A stretch of 64,000 nucleotides of DNA from positions 1 to 64,000 of the IMG/VR virus record IMGVR_UViG_3300021959_006017; one strand, written 5' to 3'. Every line of letters starts with the position of its first letter. Position 1 is the first letter of the stretch. Positions 28,008 through 38,200 of this stretch are shown here, one piece after another. Position numbers and translations under genes: made by a program. Under the pieces are notes generated by a model. It was not told where the DNA came from and ran no database searches. It saw only the letters and a program-made list of their open reading frames with translations.

Positions 28008-28027
28008 TATTTATCGTTAGATAAATA
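28008..28027. promoter_or_regulatory. Back-to-back late promoter pair TATTTATC-gtta-GATAAATA
   Basis: Perfect 8-bp inverted repeat in the 44-nt gap between divergent neck genes. Confidence 0.7.
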
Positions 28028-28046
28028 CAATACGGAGAACTTCTAT

Positions 28047-28805
28047 ATGGCAGACTTAGCAACACAAAAACAAGAGATTTTTGATTATGTAAATGCAATG
28101 CTAGGTGGCGGAATGGTTGATGTTGAACTAGATCCAATCCACTACGAAACTGCACTTACAAAAGCACTGACACGTTTTAGACAACGTTCAGACAATAGTG
28201 TTGAAGAATCATACTTGTTTATGACAACAGTCATTGATCAGAATGACTACACACTTCCTAATGAAGTTATTGAAGTTCGTAAAATATTCCGTAGAAGTGT
28301 AGGTTCTAGAACCGGTGGTGGCGATGGCGGCACAATCTTTGAACCATTTAATCTTGCATATACAAACACATATTTGCTGTCTAGTTCACAACTAGGCGGA
28401 CTAGCAACATATGATTTATTTGCACAACACCAAGAACTTGTTGGACGTATGTTTGGATCATTTATTGAGTTTAAATGGAACACTACAAGCAAAAAACTTA
28501 CACTACTACAACGTCCTAGAGCAGAAGAAGACCTATTGTTATACTGCTATAACTATCGTCCAGATAGTCAACTACTTGACGACTATCTAGCAAAACAATG
28601 GATTAAAGATTATACACTTGCAAGTTGTAAGTATATGCTAGGCGAAGCACGTTCAAAGTTTGCTACTATTGCAGGTCCGCAAGGTGGATCAACACTTAAC
28701 GGTGATGCACTTAAAGCAGAAGCACAGCAAGAAATGGAAAAACTTGATGCTGAAGTATCTACACAAATAGGCGGCGGCGTAGGCTATAGCTTTTTAATCG
28801 GTTGA
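28047..28805 (+). CDS. gp13: Neck protein, T4 gp13-like
   Basis: LGG..VDVEL...Y..AL..AL; W.KDY..A..K..LGE.R.KF..I.GP.GG..LNG..L..EA..E..KL; GGAGA RBS before ATG 28047. Confidence 0.8.
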   Translation: MADLATQKQEIFDYVNAMLGGGMVDVELDPIHYETALTKALTRFRQRSDNSVEESYLFMTTVIDQNDYTLPNEVIEVRKIFRRSVGSRTGGGDGGTIFEPFNLAYTNTYLLSSSQLGGLATYDLFAQHQELVGRMFGSFIEFKWNTTSKKLTLLQRPRAEEDLLLYCYNYRPDSQLLDDYLAKQWIKDYTLASCKYMLGEARSKFATIAGPQGGSTLNGDALKAEAQQEMEKLDAEVSTQIGGGVGYSFLIG

Positions 28806-28830
28806 CAAACTGTCTAAATCCTCGTATAAT
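28802..28830 (+). promoter_or_regulatory. Sigma70 consensus promoter TTGACA-N17-TATAAT
   Basis: Perfect consensus; the -35 box contains the gp13 TGA stop. Confidence 0.8.
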
Positions 28831-28857
28831 ATAAAAATATTGTATAAAGGATTTTAA

Positions 28858-29418
28858 ATGTTACCTAAACTTTTAGTTGTTGGCCACGGCAGACATGGCA
28901 AAGATACTGTATGTGAAATGCTAGAGGCATACGGTTATACCTTTGAATCAAGTTCTAAGTTTTGTTCTGAACTGTTTATCTATAACGATCTAAAAGAAAA
29001 ATATAACTATTCAAGTGAAGAAGAGTGCTATGCAGATAGACACAATCACCGCACTGAATGGTATAATATGATTCACGACTATTGTAAAGATGATTTAGCA
29101 CGTCTTGGCCGTAACTTGTTTGCAAAGCATGATATTTACTGCGGCTTACGAAACAAGCGTGAGTTTTTTGCAATGCAAAATGAAAAAATATTTGATTATG
29201 CTATTTGGGTAGATCGTTGTGATCACCTGCCTACTGAAGATCCTAGCTCGATGAGTATTGAACAGTGGATGTGTGATTATACTATTGATAACAATGGCGA
29301 TTTAAAAAGACTACAAAAGAATGTCGATATTCTAATGCGTACTATTTTTAGAAGTCAGGGCGTAAGTCTCCCTGCTTCCACCGCACTCCAGTTTTCTGCA
29401 GAATACGCTGACAGTTAG
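28858..29418 (+). CDS. Deoxynucleoside monophosphate kinase-like protein
   Basis: N-terminal P-loop GHGRHGKDT; G.R..RE; D..IDNNGDL. Confidence 0.65.
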   Translation: MLPKLLVVGHGRHGKDTVCEMLEAYGYTFESSSKFCSELFIYNDLKEKYNYSSEEECYADRHNHRTEWYNMIHDYCKDDLARLGRNLFAKHDIYCGLRNKREFFAMQNEKIFDYAIWVDRCDHLPTEDPSSMSIEQWMCDYTIDNNGDLKRLQKNVDILMRTIFRSQGVSLPASTALQFSAEYADS

Positions 29419-29683
29419 CACAAATAGTTTTTAGATTTGTAGGACGGCAGTTGTTCAAATCTCCGTCAATATGAAATACATTAAACTGCTCAGGATGTTT
29501 GCTAGTGTGGCCGCATTTCTCGCATTCATCCTTTTTCTCGTAACCACGCTGTTTCCATTTAGGTATACCGTGTCCTACACCATTACGTAAACATTTTTCA
29601 CATAGACGTCTATAGTAGATCTTGCCATCTTTTTTATAGTTTATAGCAGCAGGCCTTTGCCCACATTTACATAAAGGTCTCAT
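29348..29683 (-). CDS. Zn-finger / HNH-like protein
   Basis: CKC...CEKC; CEKCG...HIDGDLNN....NLKTICANC. Confidence 0.7.
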   Translation of the reverse strand: MRPLCKCGQRPAAINYKKDGKIYYRRLCEKCLRNGVGHGIPKWKQRGYEKKDECEKCGHTSKHPEQFNVFHIDGDLNNCRPTNLKTICANCQRILQKTGVRWKQGDLRPDF

Positions 29684-29793
29684 ATACATATTTACCTCAC
29701 CTTTTCGGTCCCTTTTTCTATGCTATTATCCAGTATTTTTATCCTACAAGTGGTAAATACAGTAGCAGAACACTATCCTATAGGAGAAATAAA

Positions 29794-32700
29794 ATGGCAT
29801 TAGTATCACCCGGTGTAGAGGTTAACGTAATTGACGAAAGTTTTTACACCCCAGCAGCAGCAGGCACAGTTCCTGTAATATTTGTTGCTTCTGCCAGCAA
29901 TAAGACAAGTAGTTCAGGATCGGGTATTGCTCCTGGTACAACGAAAGCTAATGCTGGACGAGCATATTTAATCACTAGTCAAAGAGAGCTAGGAGAAACA
30001 TTTGGAGATCCGGTCTTCAAGTCTGATAACAATGGTAACATGATCCATGCAGGCGAGCAAAACGAATACGGACTTCAAGCAGCATACAGTTTATTAGGTG
30101 TAACAAACTCAGTATACGTTGTAAGAGCAGACTTAGATCTAGGAGAACTAGATCCTAGTGCAACTGCTCCAGAAGGCGAGCCAGCAGACGGCGCAAACTG
30201 GTTTGATACACAAATCACAAGTTTCGGCATTCTAGAATGGAATGCAGCACCGCTATCAACAACAGGCGGACAATCATTCACAGCACAGACAAGGATTGTT
30301 GTAACTGAAACATCAGACATTGATAGCATTACAGATGCTCCAAAGACTTCAATCGGTCAAATCGGAAATTACGCTGTAGATGCAACAACAACAATGAATC
30401 GTTTGTGGTACAAAACAGCTGGTACAAACACACTAGCAGGATCATCAGGTACATGGGTTGAAGTTGGTTCGGATGCATGGAAGGCAAGTCACTACACAGT
30501 ACGTGGCGCAAATACAAATCCAACTCTGCAAAATGGCGACACTATGTTAATCAACGAAACAACAGTACTATTAAGTGGTACAACTATTTCAGATATGGCT
30601 ACAGCTATTAACACTGCTGGCATTACAGGTGTTGCAGCAGCAGTTGTAGACAGTTCATTAGAAATATATGCAACAAGTGCAGCTATTAGTGACGAAGGTG
30701 GCGGCGGGACAACAGCCGACGGCAAACTAAAAATCGAAGGCGGTGTTGGAACATTAACTGGACCGTCAGACACTGCATCTGACGCTGGTGCATTAGGTAT
30801 TGTTGAAAAAACATACCAGTCACCGCAGCTAGCCATTCAATCACATACAAGTGTACCTGCATTTAAGTCAACTGACACAGATCCTGCACCAACAGGCAGC
30901 ATTTGGATTAAAACAACCAATCCAAATGGTGGAGCAGAGTTTAGTGTTAAACAATATAATGAAGATACTCAACTATGGAACTCCATAGATGCTCCTATGT
31001 ATACAACAGCTGAAGGTGCTATTTACGATCTTGATAAAACAGGCGGTACAGCACTAAGAGCTGGTGATTTGTTTGTAAAAGCAAACGTAGAAGAAGAAGA
31101 CCCATCCATTTCAAACTTTAAGATTTATGTTCGTAATGGAACAGGCGCTACTTCTGCAAAGAGTGCTAAGATTACTACTCAACTTACAGCAAGCACATAT
31201 ACATTTGATCTTGCAGAAACAGTTGCAAACGATAATGCACTAGGTACACCAAAAACTATTTCTGTAACAACAACAGCAGCAAGTGCAGACGCTGATGTTA
31301 TTGCAGGTGAGATCAACGCAGCAGGATTTACAAATATTGTATCTTATGTTGATAGCACAAATAAAGTAGTTATTGAACACAAACTAGGCGGTGAGATTCG
31401 TGTAGATGATACAGATGGATTGATCGCACTAGCAGGTTTTGCAGCATATAATTACACTACCGAAGAAGGAACAGCAAACTTTTATGATGCTCCAACAGGC
31501 GATGATGTGTATGACTATGTAATCAGCTTATGGAAAGAACTAAGCTACACAGCTAGTGAAGATGCTCCATCAAGTCTTACTGAAGATGGTAAGATCTGGT
31601 ATAGTTCTGTTGTAGACGAAGTTGACATGATGATTCATGATGGTAGCAACTGGGTTGGATACCAAAACTTTAGTTCAGATTATGCAGACTGTGATCCAGA
31701 AGGACCGATTGTAAGTGCAACTGAACCTACTGAACAGTCAGACGGAACAGCACTAGTAGATGGCGATGTTTGGATTGATACTTCAACTATTGAAGAATAT
31801 CCAGGTGTTTACATTTATAACGCTGTACTAGAAAGTTGGGTACAAAGAGATATCACAGATCAAACAACTGATAATGGTGTATTGTTTGCAGATGCACGTT
31901 GGAGTGATGCAGGTTCTAACTCAGCAGCAGGATATTGTAGATCTACTAACAAGTGACTACTTAGATCCAGATGCTCCAGATCCAGCACTATATCCAAAAG
32001 GTATGTTGCTATGGAACATGCGTAGAAGCGGATTTAATGTTAAAGAATTCCGTCGTAACTATATTGATACATCAGGTGACAACGGGCGTTATCAAGTTAT
32101 TGGTGCAAGTGGTTCTTTAGAAGATGAATCAATGAGCGGTTACTATGCAAACCGTTGGGTTACTGCTTCAGGTAACAACGAAGATGGATCAGGTACATTT
32201 GGACGTCATGCAGTACGCAAGACTGTTGTACAGGCTCTACAAGCAGAAGTTAACAGCAATGTTGATATTAGAGATGAAGAATCACGTCAGTTTAACTTGA
32301 TTGCTTGCCCAGGTTATTCAGAACTAATCGGCGAAATGATTAGTCTAAACTATGACAGACGTCTAACAGCGTTTGTTGTTGGTGATACACCAGCAAGACT
32401 AACACCAGATGCAACTTCACTAAATGAGTGGGCAACTAACGTTGCTGGCGCAGTTGAAGATAATGATGATGGTGCAGTTAGCCGTGATGAATACTTAGGT
32501 ATGTATTATCCATGGGGCTTCACAAGCGACAACTTAGGAAACAATGTTGTTGTTCCACCAAGTCATATGGCACTACGCACTATCATACTAAACGACCAAG
32601 TTGCTTATCCGTGGTTTGCACCAGCAGGTACAAGACGTGGCGGTGTTACAAACGCAACAAGTTCAGGATATGTTACAAGTGAAGGCGAGTTCCAAACTGT

Positions 32701-33145
32701 TTCACTTAACACTGGACAACGTGACACACTATACAGCAACAATATTAACCCGATTACATTTATTAATGGAGCAGGACTAGTTGTATTTGGTCAGAAAACT
32801 CGTGCTAGAAACGCAAGTGCGCTAGACAGAATCAACGTAGCAAGACTAACAGTTTACCTACGTGGACAACTAGAACTTCTTGCAAGACCTTACTTGTTTG
32901 AACCAAATGACAAGATCACACGTGATCAAGTTAAAGCAGCAGCAGATGCTCTGCTACTAGAACTAGTTGGTCTAAGAGCGATTTATGACTACTTATCAGT
33001 ATGTGATGAATCAAACAATACTCCAGCAAGGATTGATAGAAATGAACTATACTTAGACATTGCTATTGAGCCAGTAAAAGCTATCGAGTTTATCTACATA
33101 CCGTTGCGTATTAAGAACACAGGAGAGATTGCAGCACTAGGTTAA
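29794..33145 (+). CDS. gp18: Tail sheath protein (T4 gp18-like), split by a frameshift at ~31930 into ORFs 29794..31956 and 31874..33145
   Basis: N-terminal MALVSPGVEV.VIDES, ITSQREL..TFG.P; C-terminal YYPW, VPPS, WFAPAG..RG, RD.LY.NNINPI, G.VVFGQKT, ALDRINV.RL, FEPND..TR, CDESNNTP..ID.NEL..DI.I.P.KA.EFI.I. GGTAAATA at 29752 and AGGAG upstream. Confidence 0.9.
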
Positions 33146-33158
33146 GTGCGTATTTAAT

Positions 33159-33180
33159 GGACGGGGAATAAACCCCGTCC
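33159..33180 (+). terminator. Stem-loop after sheath gene (no U-tract; terminator, processing or stability element)
   Basis: GGACGGGG-aataaa-CCCCGTCC, followed by late motif CATAAATA at 33188. Confidence 0.5.
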
Positions 33181-33216
33181 AAATATGCATAAATACTACT
33201 GTAATAGGAGATTATA

Positions 33217-33876
33217 ATGGCAATTACAACTTTAGACAATATTAGTGTACCAACAGGAGGCGCAAATACAAATAGTTCGATATTGATGCCTAAGCTACAA
33301 TATCGTTTCCGTGTATTGTTCACAGGATTTGGTGGCGGTGTTAGCACCAATGGTACAAGAGACCTAACACAAAACGTAATTGATGTTACTAGACCAAATG
33401 TGTCATTTGAACAAATGACTATTGATGCTTATAACTCAAGAACATATCTTGCAGGTAAGCACACATGGGAGCCAGTTACAATCAACCTACGTGATGATGC
33501 AAACAACAATGTACAAAAGATTGTTGGCGGACAGCTTCAAAGACAGTTTGACTTCTTCGAACAGTCAAGTGCTGTATCATCAGGTACTTATAAGTTTACT
33601 ACAAAGATTGAAATCTTAGACGGTGGTAACGGCGGCTACAACGCAAACGTACTAGATGCGTTTGAGTTAGTAGGTTGTTATTTAGAAAGTGCAAACTATA
33701 ATGCACTAAACTATGCAACTAACGAGCCAGTTACTATTGCATTAGCTATTCGTTATGACAATGCTGTCCAGTATGGCGCAGGCGGCGCAGGATCACCAGA
33801 TGGTATTGGTATAGCAACAGCAAGAAATACACAAGGCAGCACAGGCGGCGAAATAGTATCAGGCCAAGGCACTTAA
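33217..33876 (+). CDS. gp19: Tail tube protein (gp19-like)
   Basis: Directly after sheath; PKLQYRFRV, V..RP...F, Y.AGK.TWEP.TI...DD, F.L.GC......Y..L.Y, I.YD.A. Confidence 0.85.
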   Translation: MAITTLDNISVPTGGANTNSSILMPKLQYRFRVLFTGFGGGVSTNGTRDLTQNVIDVTRPNVSFEQMTIDAYNSRTYLAGKHTWEPVTINLRDDANNNVQKIVGGQLQRQFDFFEQSSAVSSGTYKFTTKIEILDGGNGGYNANVLDAFELVGCYLESANYNALNYATNEPVTIALAIRYDNAVQYGAGGAGSPDGIGIATARNTQGSTGGEIVSGQGT

Positions 33877-33902
33877 TACTCTTTTTAGTATTGCCATTAT
33901 TT

Positions 33903-33936
33903 AACGGGAGTTTCTTTTTGAGACTCCCGTTTTTTA
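33903..33936 (+). terminator. Rho-independent terminator
   Basis: AACGGGAGTTTC-ttttt-GAGACTCCCGTT followed by T-run. Confidence 0.8.
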
Positions 33937-33952
33937 TTAGATAAATATTATT

Positions 33953-35206
33953 ATGGCAGTAGTACAATCACAATATACCAGAGCAAGTAATGATATTCAT
34001 TTAAGAGACTGGCGTCACGCCAGAAATCTTTACTACGAATACGGCTTAGCATTTGCACCTAAAACAAAGTTTCTTTACCATTGTTTGTTTGAACCTTCTC
34101 CAGAAATAGGTAATAGCGCAACTGTAAATTCATTTGCATTTCAAAAACAGTTAGGTGTATTGGTTAAATCAGCCGACTTACCAAGTTTTAGAATAAGTGT
34201 AGAAAACAAAAAACAATACAATCGTATTAAACAGTTTCAAACAAGAATAGATTATCAAGATGTAAACATTACTTTTCATGATGATAACTTAGGTCTTACT
34301 AGGGCATTGTTTGAAGAGTATTACAAGTATAACTTTTTAGACGGAAGACATAATCCTCAAAAAGGTGCAATAGTTGCTGGACCTTATGCATCTAGAGATA
34401 AGTATTCCCCAACAGTTCCGAAATACGGATTAAACACAGGAAACATAGGTCCTTTCTTTAATAGTATTACAATATATCAACTATCTAGACAGCAATATTT
34501 TGCATATACATTAGTAAACCCAATAGTTACACAATGGAATCACGGTGATGTAGCATACGAAGATGGCAGCGGCTTAAACGAAAATGCTATGAGTATAGCA
34601 TACGAATCTGTAATATTTTCAAACGGAGATATTGGCGAAAATAGCGAACCAGTTGCATTTACAGATCCAGAAACAGGATACGATCAGTCACCAAGTCCGC
34701 TTTCAGAACCTGACTTGCGTGGTAGAGGAAATCAGTACGTAAGCGGTGGGCCAAAACTATTAGAACCTGCACCTCCTACTGATCCAACTATAAACCGTAA
34801 AACTACTGTATCTTCAACCACTACAACTTTTACATCAACTACTGAAACTGAAAAAACATATTCTATTCCTAAAAAAGATACAAAAAACGAAATAACTCCT
34901 GTACCAGCACCTAAGGAAAATGATTATCCTCCAAAAGATGCTAATACTATACAGAAAAAACTTGATAACAGATTTAGTTCTAGAGGGCCAAATAAGAAAA
35001 GAAGAGAAAAAGCTAGAAAAACTTTTGCAATGAAAGCAATAAATGCAGGCGAACTTCCTTATGATTCATATGTTGACTTTACTAAACAAGTACCTAGTAA
35101 ACGAGAAAGAGATGCTATTATAAACGCTAAGTTAGCCGAAACTCAATCAAATAAAAAACTATCAAATCTAGCAAGTGAAGCGATAGATGACCACGGAGTA
35201 AAATAA
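33953..35206 (+). CDS. Tail-tube-like baseplate protein (gp48/gp54-type)
   Basis: PK.KFLYH, LVKSADLPSF, QYNR, I.Y..VNITFHDD, Y.LVNP.V..W.H, M.I.YE tube-fold pattern. Confidence 0.6.
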   Translation: MAVVQSQYTRASNDIHLRDWRHARNLYYEYGLAFAPKTKFLYHCLFEPSPEIGNSATVNSFAFQKQLGVLVKSADLPSFRISVENKKQYNRIKQFQTRIDYQDVNITFHDDNLGLTRALFEEYYKYNFLDGRHNPQKGAIVAGPYASRDKYSPTVPKYGLNTGNIGPFFNSITIYQLSRQQYFAYTLVNPIVTQWNHGDVAYEDGSGLNENAMSIAYESVIFSNGDIGENSEPVAFTDPETGYDQSPSPLSEPDLRGRGNQYVSGGPKLLEPAPPTDPTINRKTTVSSTTTTFTSTTETEKTYSIPKKDTKNEITPVPAPKENDYPPKDANTIQKKLDNRFSSRGPNKKRREKARKTFAMKAINAGELPYDSYVDFTKQVPSKRERDAIINAKLAETQSNKKLSNLASEAIDDHGVK

Positions 35207-35575
35207 ATGGCAAACTCAGGATTACCAGAAGATATAAAAACAGAAGATACATTAGTTTATTTTAATAGTTTCTACAATAATACAGGATCAGTAAGTTATA
35301 CACAAAATGAAGTAGATGCAGTAGTTGGCTATTTTCTTAAAAGAGGATTTGATAAAGTAGCAGCAATTAACACAGGCGGTGTATTATTAGAACAAGCTAA
35401 ACGTGATAGTGTACCAGTATTTAAACTGTTAGATACATTAAAAGGCGTTAATGAAGTACAACTAAGTAATATTGTTGCACAAATCATAAATGCAAATAGA
35501 CGTAAAACAAGTTCAATAGGTTATAGACAACAATCAGAAAATCAACTTTTCGATCAAAGGAATATAATAGTTTGA
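35207..35575 (+). CDS. Hypothetical protein
   Basis: 122-aa ORF abutting neighbours in the late operon. Confidence 0.6.
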   Translation: MANSGLPEDIKTEDTLVYFNSFYNNTGSVSYTQNEVDAVVGYFLKRGFDKVAAINTGGVLLEQAKRDSVPVFKLLDTLKGVNEVQLSNIVAQIINANRRKTSSIGYRQQSENQLFDQRNIIV

Positions 35576-35576
35576 T

Positions 35577-36014
35577 ATGGGTCGATTCGCAGCAGGTAAA
35601 TTTCAACTCAAAAATCCTGATAAGTATGTAGGAACAAAGACGCCAACATATAGAAGTGGCTGGGAGTTCCACTTTATGAAGTTTTGCGACGAACATCCGG
35701 CTATTGCACAGTGGGCCAGTGAAGCAGTGCGTATACCTTATAGACATCCTTTTACAGGTAAGCATACGGTTTATGTTCCAGACTTCTTTATTGTATATAA
35801 CGATCGTGTAGGTAAGCAGCGTGTAGAACTAATAGAAGTAAAACCTAAAAATCAAACTCTAAAAGAAAAAACAGGACGTTCAAAAGCAAATCAAGCACAT
35901 TGGGTTGTAAATCAAGCAAAGTGGGAAAGTGCCAGAGCCTGGTGTAAACAAAAAGGTATTATATTCCGTATTGTAACAGAAGATGATATATTTCATAACG
36001 GACGAAAACGATAA
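35577..36014 (+). CDS. gp4: Head completion nuclease, T4 gp4-like (TnsA-type fold)
   Basis: G.F...NP.KY.G...YRSGWE..FM..CD....I.QWASE...IPY...H.Y.PDF, LIEVKP..QT, NQAKW..A..WC...G..F...TE. Confidence 0.85.
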   Translation: MGRFAAGKFQLKNPDKYVGTKTPTYRSGWEFHFMKFCDEHPAIAQWASEAVRIPYRHPFTGKHTVYVPDFFIVYNDRVGKQRVELIEVKPKNQTLKEKTGRSKANQAHWVVNQAKWESARAWCKQKGIIFRIVTEDDIFHNGRKR

Positions 36015-36042
36015 ATAATACTAGCAGTTAATGGAAGCTATA

Positions 36043-36543
36043 ATGACTAAAAAACTAGAAGATTTGTTAAACTTGCCTGATTCTAAAGAAATAATAGAAC
36101 AAGCAGAAGAACAAGAAAAAGAACAAAAACAATATGAAGTTGAACAAGCTGAAACTTTTAGAGATATAGCAGAGTTTGATAAGATAGCAGCAGCACTTCC
36201 TGCTGTAAAAGGCCTTGGCGAAATGGCTGATAAAGAACTTAACGAAGTTGCTGATAAAGCAATGAGTGCATATGAAGACCTAATGGACTTAGGTATGAAT
36301 GTTGAAAGTCGTTATTCAGGGCGTGTGTTTGAAGTAGCAGGCGGCATGCTCAAAACTAGTCTAGATGCTAAAGTTGCAAAACTAGATAAAAAACTTAAAA
36401 TGGTTGAACTGCAACTTAAAAAAGAAAAGCAAGATGCTGACACAAAAGGCTCAGATGGTGATATTATTAATGGCGAAGGCTATGTAGTTACAGATAGGAA
36501 CAGTCTGTTAGAGCGTCTAAAAGGGCTAGATAAAGATAAATAA
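36043..36543 (+). CDS. Probable terminase small subunit (gp16-like)
   Basis: Helical protein with R.FEVA..MLK..LDAK...K..ELQ and VTDRNSLL; upstream of large terminase. Confidence 0.5.
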   Translation: MTKKLEDLLNLPDSKEIIEQAEEQEKEQKQYEVEQAETFRDIAEFDKIAAALPAVKGLGEMADKELNEVADKAMSAYEDLMDLGMNVESRYSGRVFEVAGGMLKTSLDAKVAKLDKKLKMVELQLKKEKQDADTKGSDGDIINGEGYVVTDRNSLLERLKGLDKDK

Positions 36544-36565
36544 TATATATGACAGGGAATAACCA

Positions 36566-37129
36566 ATGAAATCATTTGCGCAAATACTAACAGAATCTAA
36601 AAAAACTTACGAGTTTAAGATTGGTGTTGCAGGCGAACTACCAGAAGGTTTTCAAGACCATATGGAAACTGCACTGCAAAAGTTTAAACTGCTTAATAGT
36701 TCAGCAGGCAAGAAAACACCTATACAAGAACGTCCATTAGACTTTCCACAGTTACAAAATATGGAAGTTACATACTTTGAAGTAGAAACAGAGTATCCAA
36801 CTACTGTACAGATACTTCAAGAGTATTTAGGTCAATGCTGCGGTATTCCACAGAGTCATATTATTGTTCGTAATCCAAACGAACCACAAGAATTATACCA
36901 AGAAGCACAAGAAGACGAAGTATATGAGCCAATGTTAACTAAAGAAGATATGGGCGGCGAAAGCGGTCAAGAACATGTTGGCGGCGAGCGTATTATGGGA
37001 CTTCTAGCAGAACTTGAAAAAGCACGTAAGGAAGCAGCAGTTCCAGATGGAGCAGATGCTGCACCAGACGGCGAAACAGCAAAACAAATGGACGATTCAG
37101 AAAACACCAAAGCGGTGATAGGGAGTTAA
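36566..37129 (+). CDS. Hypothetical virion protein
   Basis: N-terminus MKSFAQILTE resembles the T4 internal-protein capsid-targeting sequence; GATAAATA at 36535. Confidence 0.5.
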   Translation: MKSFAQILTESKKTYEFKIGVAGELPEGFQDHMETALQKFKLLNSSAGKKTPIQERPLDFPQLQNMEVTYFEVETEYPTTVQILQEYLGQCCGIPQSHIIVRNPNEPQELYQEAQEDEVYEPMLTKEDMGGESGQEHVGGERIMGLLAELEKARKEAAVPDGADAAPDGETAKQMDDSENTKAVIGS

Positions 37130-37131
37130 AT

Positions 37132-38139
37132 ATGTCAAATATGAAAAAACTAATAGAGTCATTGGATGCATTAAATGAATGCCCTCCAGGAATGGACGAA
37201 GGCGGCATGCCAATGGGATCACTTCCTGCGCCAATAGACAAAGGTAATCCAGTAACAATGAACGTGAGCTTAAATGCAAGCGGCAAAGAGCATGTTGAAG
37301 ATCTAATCAACATGATGAAAAATGCAGGTATGAGCGATGCTAAAGAATTTGGGCAAGACGATATGCCAGCACTTCCAATGCGTATGGACATGGAAAGACT
37401 ACGTGATATTGTAGGCGAACCAGGCGATGAAGATACAGACGAAGCCTATTCACCAGGTGACGAAAATGCAGAAGGTGTTGTAAGTAACTGTTGTGGTGCG
37501 CCTGTTCAAGATGAGCGTGAAGGAACTGGTAGATGCAGTGCTTGCGGAGAAGGTTGCGAGGCTGTTGCAGAAGAATCAATCGAAGAAGGTGGAATGAAAG
37601 ATCAGCTTATCAAGGCAATGGAAAAGATTGCAGCTGATGACAGCGGAGATACACTTTATAAAGCAATGACCAAAGGTGCAATGGGCCCAGATGTACAAAA
37701 CTATCTACAAGATATGTACGATGACGTAGCACGTGATAATGGACTACACCCAGATGATGATCACGATCAAATAGAAGAAAAAATGCATGAACTGATCGCA
37801 GCAGATTATGGAATGCAAGAATGGGCCAACTCACCAGAAGGTTCAGAAGACGATGTAGACTATCGTGATCAAGACTACATGACAAACATGATGGGCGACG
37901 ATCTACACAAGAAAAAGAAAGCATATGCAGCCGCACAAGACGGCGATAATGCAATGGCTGTTGAAGCTATCAAAGCACAGCTAATGAAAGCACTTAGTGA
38001 AAAGAAAAAGCCAGACGCAAATAAAAACGGTATTCCTGATTATGCAGAAGATGGCAAAGGACCGAACGATCTTGCTAAAGGTAAAAAGGGCGGTAAGCCT
38101 AAAAAAGGTAAAGTACCTCCGCAATTTAAGAAAAAATAA
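37132..38139 (+). CDS. Acidic hypothetical protein, possible head core/internal protein
   Basis: D/E/M-rich; internal CC..C..C..C module; basic K-rich tail. Confidence 0.5.
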   Translation: MSNMKKLIESLDALNECPPGMDEGGMPMGSLPAPIDKGNPVTMNVSLNASGKEHVEDLINMMKNAGMSDAKEFGQDDMPALPMRMDMERLRDIVGEPGDEDTDEAYSPGDENAEGVVSNCCGAPVQDEREGTGRCSACGEGCEAVAEESIEEGGMKDQLIKAMEKIAADDSGDTLYKAMTKGAMGPDVQNYLQDMYDDVARDNGLHPDDDHDQIEEKMHELIAADYGMQEWANSPEGSEDDVDYRDQDYMTNMMGDDLHKKKKAYAAAQDGDNAMAVEAIKAQLMKALSEKKKPDANKNGIPDYAEDGKGPNDLAKGKKGGKPKKGKVPPQFKKK

Positions 38140-38159
38140 ACTACGATGGGAGCGGAATC

Positions 38160-38187
38160 AAATAGGCACTTCGGTGCCTATTTTTTT
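38160..38187 (+). terminator. Rho-independent terminator with C(UUCG)G tetraloop
   Basis: AAATAGGCAC-TTCG-GTGCCTATTT then T-run; UUCG loops are typical of T4-like phages. Confidence 0.88.
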
Positions 38188-38200
38188 GAGTAAATACTGT

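Noticed and set aside
28003-28155. N-terminal extensions of the gp14-like (to 28155) and gp13-like (from 27996) ORFs
   Set aside because: They would overlap each other across the divergent promoter; starts at 28002 and 28047 fit better.
31874-33145. Second, separate sheath gene or intron/intein-split gene
   Set aside because: No RBS or intervening sequence; the two ORFs are consecutive parts of one protein joined by a single frame change.
37997-38200. 68-aa N-terminal extension of terminase in the ORF track
   Set aside because: Overlaps the upstream gene and spans a terminator; the real start is ATG 38201 behind the late motif.
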